A DNA stretch of 63,624 nucleotides, counting the filler, from Actinomycetota bacterium (lineage in GTDB: Bacteria > Actinomycetota > Acidimicrobiia > IMCC26256 > VFJJ01): the NCBI GenBank assembly GCA_009886115.1. It is 4 parts of 4 records of this genome, joined end to end, with 100 filler letters (N's around TTAATTAATTAA, not from the genome) between each part and the next. Parts side by side here need not be neighbours in the genome. Positions count along the whole stretch, not along the records: positions 50,631 to 61,301 come from VFJJ01000007.1; positions 61,402 to 63,624 come from VFJJ01000045.1; 2 more parts are not named here. The stretch is one strand, 5' to 3'. This document shows, piece after piece, positions 55,033 through 63,624 of the stretch. The position numbers and the translations under genes are program-made. Below the pieces are notes generated by a model. The model did no database searches and had not been told where the DNA came from. It saw only the letters and a list, made by a program, of their open reading frames with translations. How positions within the stretch are numbered: the first letter of the stretch is position 1; each line of letters opens with the position of its first letter.

Positions 55033-56015
55033 CCGCCGGGACGCCCCGATCGTTCGAGGGCGACGACGAGTTCCTCGCCGCGGCGTGCGCGGCGGCGAGT
55101 CGGTCGAGCGGCGCCGACGCTCTCGAGACCCTCGGCTGGTGGGACCTCCTGCCCGAGCTCGACGACCCCGATGCCCGTGCAGCCGTGTTCGCGGTGTTCC
55201 GGGCCCAGGGCCGGTCGCTCACCGGGTCGATCGCGCTGGGTGCGCTGATGGCCCATCCCTACCCCGTGCCCGGCGATCGCCAGCCGGGCTCGGTGGCTGC
55301 CGCCGTCACCCGTCGGTCACTGCGCCGCGGAACCGTCGTGCTGGTCGTCGGTGACGTGCCGTCCGAGCTCCTGCTCGTCGATCGGCCCGGTGTCGGCGCA
55401 TCGTTGGTGCCCGTCGCCGACGTCGATCTGCTTCGCGTCGAGATCCCCGGACGCCTTGCACTGCACGAGGTGGTCGTCGATCTCGACGCGGCGCCGATCT
55501 CGGTACCTGAGGTCGACGCGGCCCCGGCTCGGCGCCGCAGCCATGCGCTCGGCCGGATGGCCATGTCCCTCGAGATGCTGGGCGCGGCCGAGGCCACCTT
55601 GGCCCTCGCCGTCGAGCACGTGCAGGCCCGCGAGCAGTTCGGCAAGCCGATCGGTTCGTTCCAGGCCATCCGCCACCTGCTGGCGTGGGCGCGCACCGAC
55701 TGCGCCGCCGTCGAAGCCGTCGCCCGGCACGCCGTGGCCCTCGATCGGGTGGCCCCGACGGGGTTCGACGAGATCCTCAAGGCGCTGGCCGGTCGCAACG
55801 CCCGACGGGCCTGCGAGCGCACGCTGCAGTCGTTCGGTGGCGTCGGTTTCACCGCCGAACACGACCACCACCACTTCCACAGCCGCGTGCTCGCGCTCGA
55901 CTCGCTGCTTGGCACCTCGTCGGAGCTGACCCGCGAGCTCGGCGCTCGGCTGCGCACGTCGGGCTCGGATCCGGCGATCGCGGCTGGCGTGCTGGTACCC
56001 GTCGACGCGCGCTGA
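55029..56015 (+). CDS. Acyl-CoA dehydrogenase-like partner subunit (short)
   Basis: REQFGKPIGSFQAIRH, QSFGGVGFTAEH; GTGA overlap with the upstream ACAD. Confidence 0.88.
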   Translation: MTAGTPRSFEGDDEFLAAACAAASRSSGADALETLGWWDLLPELDDPDARAAVFAVFRAQGRSLTGSIALGALMAHPYPVPGDRQPGSVAAAVTRRSLRRGTVVLVVGDVPSELLLVDRPGVGASLVPVADVDLLRVEIPGRLALHEVVVDLDAAPISVPEVDAAPARRRSHALGRMAMSLEMLGAAEATLALAVEHVQAREQFGKPIGSFQAIRHLLAWARTDCAAVEAVARHAVALDRVAPTGFDEILKALAGRNARRACERTLQSFGGVGFTAEHDHHHFHSRVLALDSLLGTSSELTRELGARLRTSGSDPAIAAGVLVPVDAR

Positions 56016-56136
56016 CCTCCGCCACCCCTGGGCCGATACCGCCGGAGCCGCCGCCGGTGACCACCGCGACCTTCGGGTCGAGAGGCGCGTTCCCGTTGTC
56101 GATCGGTGGGATGGCGCCGGGCTGTTGGCTGGACAT
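56016..56136 (-). pseudogene. Truncated N-terminal fragment of an SDR gene
   Basis: ATG 56136...KVAVVTGGGSGGIG Rossmann motif, then similarity ends at the ACAD 3' end. Confidence 0.55.
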
Positions 56137-56217
56137 GGGTCGCCGAGGTCGAGTCAGTGCTCTGGGTTGACGGCGGAGGTTCGCGCCGAGCGCACAGCCG
56201 TGCCGACGGTGGACGGG

Positions 56218-57120
56218 CTACGGCGTCGTCGACGCGACGCCGGTCGCGGTCCCGCCGATCGAGTTGAACGGGGGATACCCCCAGTTCGACGGCCCGTAGG
56301 GGTGGGGCAGGGACCTGCCCTCGACGAGATCGGCCCAGACGCAGAACTGGGGCGCGTCGACCGTCCGCCCCGAAAAGGCCATCGGATGGGGGTGCGAAGC
56401 GATGTACGCGCACACCGAGCCGGGGACGTCGACCGCGAGGCCGTTGCCGTAGTCGATCCCCATCTCTCGCATCGTGACCTCGGCGCGCTCGGTCAGCACG
56501 AAGCCGGGCTCGAGGTTCACGACGGCGACGTCGTACTGCTTGAGCTCCTTGCCCAGCCCCGGGGCCACCCGGTTGTGTGCGGCCTTGGTGATCGAATAGG
56601 AGAACGGCCACCCGCCGTCCCCGGGTTGCTTCGAGGTCTCGTTCTGCCCGGCTCCCGAGGTGACGTTGACGACGAGCCCGCCACCGAGCCGCTTGAAGGT
56701 CGGGAGCACCAGCTTGATGAGGTACAAGCCGGCCAGGACGTTGCCGGCGAAGCTCTTGTCGTACTCGTCGATCTCCGTGTGCTCGAACGAGCGCATGGGG
56801 CCGCTCGGTTGGAAGATCGCGTTGTTCACGAGCACGTCGATCCGGCCCAGCTCGCTCAGGGCGGTCTCGACCGCGGCGTCCATGCTGGCCCGGTCGAGCA
56901 CATCGAGACGGGCGACGACCGCGCTGCGCCCGATGTCTCGAATCTCCGCCGCGGTCGCCTCCAGGGTTCCCGGGACACGAGACCGTCCACGGTCGGCCTC
57001 GTTCACGGTGCGGGCGGCCACCACGACGTCGAAGCCGGCTCGGGCGAGGTGCAGCGCACAGCCCCGGCCGATACCCCGGCTGGCACCGGTGACGAAGGCA
57101 ACTTTCCCTGACGTCGACAT
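56218..57120 (-). CDS. SDR-family oxidoreductase
   Basis: TGASRGIG, DVLVNNA, YSITK, NLEPG. Confidence 0.94.
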   Translation of the reverse strand: MSTSGKVAFVTGASRGIGRGCALHLARAGFDVVVAARTVNEADRGRSRVPGTLEATAAEIRDIGRSAVVARLDVLDRASMDAAVETALSELGRIDVLVNNAIFQPSGPMRSFEHTEIDEYDKSFAGNVLAGLYLIKLVLPTFKRLGGGLVVNVTSGAGQNETSKQPGDGGWPFSYSITKAAHNRVAPGLGKELKQYDVAVVNLEPGFVLTERAEVTMREMGIDYGNGLAVDVPGSVCAYIASHPHPMAFSGRTVDAPQFCVWADLVEGRSLPHPYGPSNWGYPPFNSIGGTATGVASTTP

Positions 57121-57634
57121 GCGGGCAAGCTAGCCCGACGACGAAAGGCCGGCGATGACGAGCACCGCCTCTGCACACGACGCCAGTCCCCTGCCCATGC
57201 GACGAGCTCCTCGAGCTGATGGTCATCCCCGGCTGCTACCGCGCCATCGGCTCGATCCTCGCCACGTTCTCGGTCCCCCTCGAAGCTCACGTCGAGCCCT
57301 GGGCTCCCGACGGTCACGCCCCGGGCGGCTGAAGGGGGGCGCTCCCCCGTGGCAAGCGGCGCTGAACATCGCCACTCGCACGGCGACCGACCTCCGGAAC
57401 GGTCCGCTGATCTCGAAGATCATGCCGCGTTCACATCCGCACGCCAACGCTGTTCGCTGAAGGCCTTGAGGCCGCTCGCCTCGAGGTCGAGGTACCGCTT
57501 AGTCAGGCGAGCGGTCAGAATCCCGACGACGACGCCGATCGGACCCCGCTGGGCTACGAGTTCCTCCGCTCGATTGGCTGAGGCGGCATCTCGCCCTTCC
57601 ACACTCGACGCAGCCTGCCGCTACGTGCCGATCC

Positions 57635-57664
57635 GGGTCGGGACGGGTCGGGACGGGTCGGGAC
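57635..57664. repeat. (GGGTCGGGAC)x3 tandem repeat
   Basis: Read directly downstream of the P450. Confidence 0.8.
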
Positions 57665-57709
57665 GTGCCGTTCCGGGGCGGGTGGGGACGGGACGGCACC
57701 CTGCTCTGG

Positions 57710-58894
57710 TCAGGTCGTGAAGACCGGGAGGGCGTCCCACCCGCGCACGGTGGAGGTGCGGGCCTGGACGGCGTTGTCCCAGTCGACCTCCCACGACGGG
57801 AACCGGTCGAGGACCTCCTGCAGCGCCACCCGTCCCTCGAGTCGGGCCAGCGCCGCGCCGAGGCAGAAGTGGATGCCGAACCCGAACGTGAGGTGATGGT
57901 CGATCCGGCGATGGATGTCGAAGCGATCGGCGTCGGGGAACCGTCGTTCGTCGCGGTTCGCCGACGCCGTGAGGAGCACCATGGCACTGCCTGCGGGGAC
58001 GGCCTGCCCGTGGTGCTCGACGTCCTTGGTGACGTAACGGGCCTGCACCGGCGACGGCGCTTCGAAGCGGAGCAGCTCCTCGATGGCGTTGGGGATCAGC
58101 GAGCGATCCTCGACGAGCTGGCGGCGCTGGTCGGGGTGCTCGGCCAGCACCTTGCCGGTCCAGCCGATCAGGCGGGTGGTCGTCTCGTTTCCGGCCCCGG
58201 CCAGGAGGCCCACGTAGGTCAGAACCTCTTGGCGCGTCAGGGTTCGCGTCGTGCCGGTCTCGTCCTCGAACTTGGCGGTGAGGAGCTCGGTCATCAGATC
58301 GTCGGACGGGTTGGCCGCGCGCCATTCCACGTACTCGGCGAGGACGCCGAACTCCCCCATGGCGGTGACGTCCTCGGGCATGACGCCGTCCTCGAGACGC
58401 AGTCCCGAGTCGGTCCGCTCGCGAATGGCGTCCTGGTCCTGCTCGGGGATGCCCAGCAGCATGCCGATCGTGCGCATCGGCATGTGCGCTCCGAGGTCGT
58501 GGATGAAGTCGAAGCGCCCTGAGCCCACGTGCGGATCGAGCGTGCGAGCGCAGAACTCCCGCACCTTGGGCTCGATGGCACTCATCTTCTTCGGCGTGAA
58601 CACCCGCGACAGCAATCCACGGTGCACGTCGTGGGCCGGAGGGTCCTCCCACAGGATCATCCCGGGCGGGATCGGCACTCCGGCCTTGATGATCTCGAGC
58701 ACGCTGCCCTTGCCCGAGATGTAGGTGGGCCATTCGAGCGACGCCCGCTCCACGTCCTCGAAGCGGCTCAGGGCATAGAAGCCGTACCGGTCGTTGTGGT
58801 AGAGCGGGGCCTCGTCGCGGAGTCGCTTCCAGACGGGGTACGGGTTGGCGTCGATCTCGAAGTCGTATGGGTCGTAGTACGGATCATCGGCCAT
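57710..58894 (-). CDS. Cytochrome P450
   Basis: AGNETT, EELLR (ExxR), FGFGIHFCLG heme motif. Confidence 0.97.
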   Translation of the reverse strand: MADDPYYDPYDFEIDANPYPVWKRLRDEAPLYHNDRYGFYALSRFEDVERASLEWPTYISGKGSVLEIIKAGVPIPPGMILWEDPPAHDVHRGLLSRVFTPKKMSAIEPKVREFCARTLDPHVGSGRFDFIHDLGAHMPMRTIGMLLGIPEQDQDAIRERTDSGLRLEDGVMPEDVTAMGEFGVLAEYVEWRAANPSDDLMTELLTAKFEDETGTTRTLTRQEVLTYVGLLAGAGNETTTRLIGWTGKVLAEHPDQRRQLVEDRSLIPNAIEELLRFEAPSPVQARYVTKDVEHHGQAVPAGSAMVLLTASANRDERRFPDADRFDIHRRIDHHLTFGFGIHFCLGAALARLEGRVALQEVLDRFPSWEVDWDNAVQARTSTVRGWDALPVFTT

Positions 58895-59001
58895 GTGTCG
58901 ACCTCGGTCTGCTCGGGACGGGCGGCTGACTGCCGGCTGGGGGAGCTGGGGCTGCGGCCGTGCTCACGCTACATGCGGGTCGGTCGCGTACCGTCGGAGC
59001 C

Positions 59002-59412
59002 GTGGACGAGCGTGCGATGCAGGCGCAGCTGGCGGGGGCGAGGGTCGGACGGCTGGGCACGGTGCGCCCCGACGGGCGGCCGCACATCGTGGTGTGCTGT
59101 TTCGCCATGGCCGACGACGTGGTGTATTCGGCGGTCGACCACAAGCCCAAGACCACCATGGCGCTCCAACGTCTTCGCAACCTCACGACCAACCCGGCGG
59201 CTTCGCTGTTGGTCGACCACTACAGCGAAGACTGGACCGCCCTCTGGTGGATCCGGGTCGACGGCACGGGGCGGGTGATCGCCGACGGACGCGAGCACGA
59301 GCACGAGCGTGCCGTCGCCGCGTTGTGCGCCAAGTACGAGCAGTACCGCCGTCAGCCGCCGGCCGGTCCGGTGATCGCCGTCGACGTCGCCCGATGGTCG
59401 GGGTGGCCCTGA
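59002..59412 (+). CDS. PPOX-class (probably F420-dependent) oxidoreductase
   Basis: LGTVRPDGRPH, AVDHKPK, RLRNL, DHYSEDWTALWWIR, KYEQY. Confidence 0.9.
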   Translation: MDERAMQAQLAGARVGRLGTVRPDGRPHIVVCCFAMADDVVYSAVDHKPKTTMALQRLRNLTTNPAASLLVDHYSEDWTALWWIRVDGTGRVIADGREHEHERAVAALCAKYEQYRRQPPAGPVIAVDVARWSGWP

Positions 59413-59429
59413 CCGTTCGCACGTAGGCT

Positions 59430-59933
59430 GTGGACATGTCCCTCGACGTCGAGCTGCTCAACAAGGTCATGTGGAAGATCACGAACGCGCTCGCCCTCAT
59501 CGGCTCCCGTTCCGGCGACGAGCGCAATGCGATGACCGCGAGCTGGATCACGCAGCTCTCCATGGAGCCGGTGCTGATCGGTGTCGCCGTCGACAACGAG
59601 GCCATCACGCATCGTCTCATCGCCGACGGTGGGTCGTTCACCGTGAACCTGTGGGACGCGAGCGACACACGCGTGTTCGTGAAGTTCTCGAAACCGGCCG
59701 TCGACGACGGTTCCACGCTCAACGGCCGGGCGGTCCGAGCGGCGACCACCGGCGCTCCCGTGTTCGACGAGGCCTTGGCCTGGATGGACTGCGCGGTCCG
59801 TCACCGACTCGACCTGGGCACGCACACCCTGTTCGTCGGTGAGGTCGTCGACGCGGCCATCAACGACGACGAGGCCCGGGCCGCCTCGATGAACGACACC
59901 CGCATGAAGTACGGCGGCGTCAAGCGCCACTGA
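59430..59933 (+). CDS. Flavin reductase-family protein
   Basis: NAMTASWITQLSMEP, FTVNL, GAPV, GTHTLFVGEV. Confidence 0.92.
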   Translation: MDMSLDVELLNKVMWKITNALALIGSRSGDERNAMTASWITQLSMEPVLIGVAVDNEAITHRLIADGGSFTVNLWDASDTRVFVKFSKPAVDDGSTLNGRAVRAATTGAPVFDEALAWMDCAVRHRLDLGTHTLFVGEVVDAAINDDEARAASMNDTRMKYGGVKRH

Positions 59934-60053
59934 CCACACCGAGCCGGCCAGTCACCAACACCGCTACCAACAGCCGGTTACCCCTGGCTGAGCGGGACCG
60001 GCCGGGGCGGTCGGATCACGCGGCCGCGGATCGCGTTCGACCGCGCCCCAGGG

Positions 60054-61274
60054 TCACGAACGCGCCACCAGGCGCACCGGGAGCGTCTCGTGGCGGCGAA
60101 CGAGGAGGCTGTCGACCCAGTGGGGCGCTCGATCGGGATCGAGCGTGATGCTGCTGGTGCGCTCGAGCAACATCGTGATCACGACCCGGGCCTCGAGGCG
60201 AGCGAGCGGGGCACCGACACAGTGGTGGATGCCCCGACCGAAGGCCACGTGGTGGCGCGGCGCTCGACGGTCGATGTCGATGTCGTCGGGGCCGTCGAAC
60301 TCGGCGGGATCGCGGTTCGCGGCGCCCCAGAGCAGCAACACGGTCGCGCCGCCGGGGATGGCGACCCCGCCGAGCGTGGTGGTCTCGGGAACCGACCGCA
60401 TGAGGTAACGGAACGGCGATTCGAGCCGGAGCACCTCTTCGACGAACGCCGGGACGAGCTCGAGGTTCGAGCGAAGGCGCTCCTGGAGAGCGGAGTGCTC
60501 GGCGAGGCGGCGCACGGCGTTGCCGAGCAGGCTCACCGTCGACTCGCCGCCGGCGCTGAGCAAGGTGTGCAGGGTGATGACACCCTCCTGGACACCCATG
60601 ATGCCGGCATCGACGGCCCGGCGGACTGTGCCGAGGATCGTGTCGCCCGGGGTCGTCGTGATGGCGATCTGATCGGCGATCCACCCGCCGAGGTCGTCGC
60701 TCCGGCCGACGAGCTCCTGCAGCCGTTCGAGCGACAGCGTCGAGCCCAGCATCAGGGTCGAGTCGAACGCGGCACGCAAGAGGCGATCGAGGTCACTGTC
60801 GTGGAACCCGATGAGGTGGCTGATGAACGTGATCGGGACGACGTTGCCGACGGACGCCATGAAATCGACCTCGGGCTGGTCGAGCGCGCTCGAGATGCAG
60901 CGAGCGGCAACCTCGGCGATCTCCGGCTCGAGCGCCGCCATGCGCCGCGACACCAGCTCCGGGAAGATCGCGCTCCGGTGCACGGTGTGGATCGGCGGAT
61001 CAGCGGTGGCCAGCGTGTCGAGACCGGTGGGCGCGAACGTCAGCCGGCACGGGAGGCCGTCGTCGCCCCGGTAGAGCAGGCACCGGATGTTCGACGAGAA
61101 GTCGTCGATCCGGCTGACCGCCTCAGCCACCATGTCGAACGTGCTCACGGCGACCACATCGGACCCGGGGACGAGCCAGACGGGGGCCCTCCGGTGCAGC
61201 TCGCGATAGAAGGGGTACGGATCGTCGATGACCTGAGGATCGAGGAGGAGGGTTCCGGCGAGGTCGCTGCTCAC
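60054..61274 (-). CDS. Cytochrome P450
   Basis: AGGEST, EEVLR, AANRDP, FGRGIHHCVG. Confidence 0.96.
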   Translation of the reverse strand: MSSDLAGTLLLDPQVIDDPYPFYRELHRRAPVWLVPGSDVVAVSTFDMVAEAVSRIDDFSSNIRCLLYRGDDGLPCRLTFAPTGLDTLATADPPIHTVHRSAIFPELVSRRMAALEPEIAEVAARCISSALDQPEVDFMASVGNVVPITFISHLIGFHDSDLDRLLRAAFDSTLMLGSTLSLERLQELVGRSDDLGGWIADQIAITTTPGDTILGTVRRAVDAGIMGVQEGVITLHTLLSAGGESTVSLLGNAVRRLAEHSALQERLRSNLELVPAFVEEVLRLESPFRYLMRSVPETTTLGGVAIPGGATVLLLWGAANRDPAEFDGPDDIDIDRRAPRHHVAFGRGIHHCVGAPLARLEARVVITMLLERTSSITLDPDRAPHWVDSLLVRRHETLPVRLVARS

Positions 61275-61301
61275 CCCACGAAGCTACCCGTCGTCGGCAG
61301 C

Positions 61302-61401
61302 NNNNNNNNNNNNNNNNNNNNNNNNNNNNNNNNNNNNNNNNNNNNTTAATTAATTAANNNNNNNNNNNNNNNNNNNNNNNNNNNNNNNNNNNNNNNNNNN
61401 N
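61302..61401. other. Artificial contig spacer
   Basis: Ns with central TTAATTAATTAA. Confidence 0.98.
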
Positions 61402-61519
61402 ATCAGAAATGTATCAATCCACCTGATACCGATGCGGTCCGGCGAGTACGGCCCCGTCCGGAAACCCCTGGTGCACATGGACGAGCGGGCACCAGATAAC
61501 ACCAGAAATGCGTCCGAAT

Positions 61520-61566
61520 CCTGCTTTGCAAGCAGGGGGTCGAGGGTTCGAGTCCCTTCGTCTCCA
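61520..61566 (+). mobile_element. 3' fragment of tRNA-Ala(TGC), probable att site of an integrative element
   Basis: Anticodon arm CCTGC-TTTGCAA-GCAGG, T arm GAGGG-TTCGAGT-CCCTT, acceptor 3' strand CGTCTCC-A; no 5' acceptor strand or D arm upstream. Confidence 0.8.
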
Positions 61567-61600
61567 CTCGCCGTTGTCGATGTCACAACGGGCCTCCGGA

Positions 61601-61873
61601 TCAGGATGCCAGGTACTCGCGCAGGGCGGCGCGGATGACCTCGCTGTTGGTGGCGTGGTCGCGGGCGGCGCGGCTCCGAAGCGAGTCCAGAAGTTCGGGG
61701 TCGATCCGGACCGGGACGAGTTGTGCGGGTCCGCTGCCGAGGGTTGGTCGACCCCGGCGACGGATCTCCTCGACGTCGTACTCGTGGGTAGCAACGTCGT
61801 TGGCGATGGTATCGATCTCGTCGTCGGTGACGGTTCGTCCGGCGCTGGTGGTGTATCGGTGTTTCGATGTCAT
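61601..61873 (-). CDS. Ribbon-helix-helix (CopG-like) protein, putative antitoxin
   Basis: RGRP followed by VPVRIDPELLDSL...NSEVIRAALREYL. Confidence 0.85.
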   Translation of the reverse strand: MTSKHRYTTSAGRTVTDDEIDTIANDVATHEYDVEEIRRRGRPTLGSGPAQLVPVRIDPELLDSLRSRAARDHATNSEVIRAALREYLAS

Positions 61874-61876
61874 GGG

Positions 61877-62130
61877 TCACTCCGTGGGGTCCGGGAGAAG
61901 CGGGTAGAAGCTCGGCCTGAGGGGCATGGCATGGATGATGAGCAACTCGTCGCCGGCGAGGACGAGAGCGATGAGTTCGAGGAGGTTGCCCGCTGCATCG
62001 GGCCCGATGAGGAGCACTTTCGGTGGTCGGAGTCGGGATCGAGGTCGGCGACCACGATGACATGGTCGTAGGCGTGCTCGATGCGGTCGATCGTGACGCC
62101 GTGCTTGAACGCAGACCGATGGCTGAGCAC
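61877..62130 (-). pseudogene. Putative BrnT/RelE-like toxin, frameshifted near 62024
   Basis: SAFKHGV...IEHA in one frame; KVLLIGPDAAGNLLELIAL...IIHAMPLR in another, ending TGA at 61877-61879, 3 nt before the RHH start. Confidence 0.7.
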
Positions 62131-62143
62131 GCCGATTAACGTA

Positions 62144-62428
62144 TCACGGAATCCTCGGTTGTCCCGGCTGTTTGGTCCGGTCGCGCCGAAGGTGAGAGAT
62201 CACGGTGGTGCGATGGATCCCGAACTCCATGGCCAGAGCCTCGATGGTTGCACCCGCCGTTCGCCTGTCGATGAGCGCTGCGAAATCGGATGCATCGAGC
62301 CGGCGTTGGATTTGGCCAGCGGGACGACGGCCCGCCCGCACATGCGACCGGATCAACAGTTTCGACAGCAGGGCGATCGCCCGACCGAAGTGGTGCGGGG
62401 GGTTCGAAAGCCGTCCCTGATGGTCCAC
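62144..62428 (-). CDS. Small helix-turn-helix protein (resolvase-type HTH), possibly decayed
   Basis: QRRL...AGATIEALAMEFGIHRTTVISHL. Confidence 0.6.
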   Translation of the reverse strand: MDHQGRLSNPPHHFGRAIALLSKLLIRSHVRAGRRPAGQIQRRLDASDFAALIDRRTAGATIEALAMEFGIHRTTVISHLRRDRTKQPGQPRIP

Positions 62429-62881
62429 CGAATACCAGCAGGTCAACGGCACTGCAAAGATCGTCGACATTCCGACGCGATTGCCGACGGAGCCAGTCTG
62501 AGCGTCGTCGTTTGCCCGGTGGCTACGTCGGGTGGCTACGTCAGGAGATCGGGGACCCTTGCGTCGGTGCGCCACCGACGACCCCGAGGAGCCGGCGGCG
62601 CATCGGTCTGCACCCCTTGCGCGTCGCGACCCCGAGCGACGTCGGGGCAGTCGAGGAACGCTCGGCGCTCAGTCTCGTCGCGCCCGACCGGCACGGGTTT
62701 CATGCGGTGGTCCGTAGCCGGCGGGCGATGGCTTCGAGCTCGTCAGCCACGTCACGAGGTGAGGACGCGACATCGGCTCGCCTGGTCGTTGGCTGTCCCG
62801 CCAGCGCGGCTCCCGAGAGCCGGCGCCGGGGCCGGCGCCGGCGCCGGCGCGGGCAGGGTGAGGCCGTGGTAGCACGAGGGC

Positions 62882-63624
62882 ATGAGCCAGGATCACACGA
62901 GCGTCGTCCGGACGAGCATCGAGCTGGTGGAGGTGGCGGCGCGCACGTGGTTCGTGCGCGGCGCGTTCGTGCACGCCGCGCTGTTCGAGACCGACGAGGG
63001 TCTCGTGATGGTCGACACCTGCTTCGCCCACGAGGCGCCGTCGGTCTTGGCGGCCGTCCGCCGGATCACCAACGCCCCCTTGCACACCGTGGTGTTCACC
63101 CATGGCCACATCGACCACGCGTTCGGACTGGCACCGTGGCTCACCGAGGCCTCGACCGCCGACCCGCCCCGGCCCCGGCCCCGCATCGTGGCCCACGAGC
63201 TGGTCCCCGAGCGGTTCCGCCGCTACGCCCGGACCGCCGAGTACAACGGCCGCATCAACGCCGTCCAGTTCCAGCTCGATCAGGTCTGGTGGCCCGATGC
63301 CAACGAGCAGTTCGCCTGGCCCGACGTGACCTACGCCGATCGTCTGGAGCTCACGATCGGCGGTGAGGTCTTCCAGCTCAACCATGCCCGGGCCGAGACT
63401 GACGACGTGACGTGGGTGTGGGTGCCCGGCCGGGCGGTGCTCGCGGTCGGCGATCTCGTGATCGGCTCCGCTCCCAATGCCGGGAACCCCCAGAAGGTGC
63501 AGCGTTATCCCGAGGGCTGGGCCGGGGCCTGCCGGGCGATGGCCGATCTGGGCGCCAGGGTGCTGCTGCCCGGCCATGGGCCCTGGTGGGAGGGCGTCGA
63601 GCCCCTACGCCGATTGCTGATCGA
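62882..63624 (+). CDS. MBL-fold hydrolase, alkyl-sulfatase-like; runs off the window end
   Basis: ATG 62882; FETDEGLVMVDT, THGHIDH, HARAETDD, PNAGNPQKVQRYP, LLPGHG; absent from the ORF track because it has no stop. Confidence 0.9.
   Translation, partial: MSQDHTSVVRTSIELVEVAARTWFVRGAFVHAALFETDEGLVMVDTCFAHEAPSVLAAVRRITNAPLHTVVFTHGHIDHAFGLAPWLTEASTADPPRPRPRIVAHELVPERFRRYARTAEYNGRINAVQFQLDQVWWPDANEQFAWPDVTYADRLELTIGGEVFQLNHARAETDDVTWVWVPGRAVLAVGDLVIGSAPNAGNPQKVQRYPEGWAGACRAMADLGARVLLPGHGPWWEGVEPLRRLLI

Noticed and set aside
57155..57602. Short ORFs between the SDR and the P450
   Set aside because: No recognisable motif or convincing start on either strand; may be a decayed fragment but cannot be called
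61490..61570. Intact tRNA-Ala gene
   Set aside because: No 5' acceptor strand or D arm; only the 3' part is present

Overview
High-GC actinobacterial DNA; the gene content suggests class Acidimicrobiia (inference). The window is four contigs (1-20370, 20471-50530, 50631-61301, 61402-63624) joined by artificial 100-nt N spacers containing TTAATTAATTAA, so adjacency across the gaps has no biological meaning. Contig 1 carries uppP, a frameshifted SNF2 helicase, an M15 peptidase, TauD and CMD enzymes, a MacAB-like ABC operon, an LLM oxidoreductase, an amidohydrolase and glnS. Contig 2 carries a Wzm/Wzt glycan locus, an LpdA-type flavoprotein, murA, a hydrolase operon, the full F1Fo ATP synthase operon, wecA, glyA and rpiB. 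Contig 3 is a TetR-associated acyl-CoA/P450 catabolic cluster. Contig 4 has a 3' tRNA-Ala fragment (att-like), a toxin-antitoxin-like pair, an HTH gene and a partial MBL-fold sulfatase. Most notable observations: (1) a 970-aa membrane-fusion adaptor with a peptidoglycan-binding domain and an inserted Calx-beta array whose end domain looks split; (2) two tandem ATP synthase b subunits, each with a signal-peptide-like leader and a Cys-x10-Cys motif before the membrane anchor; (3) three copies of a 51-bp palindromic element with compensatory changes; (4) a chimeric ORF formed by duplication of a gene junction; (5) a fusion of two GT-C glycosyltransferase domains. All calls come from reading motifs by eye; no database searches were run.
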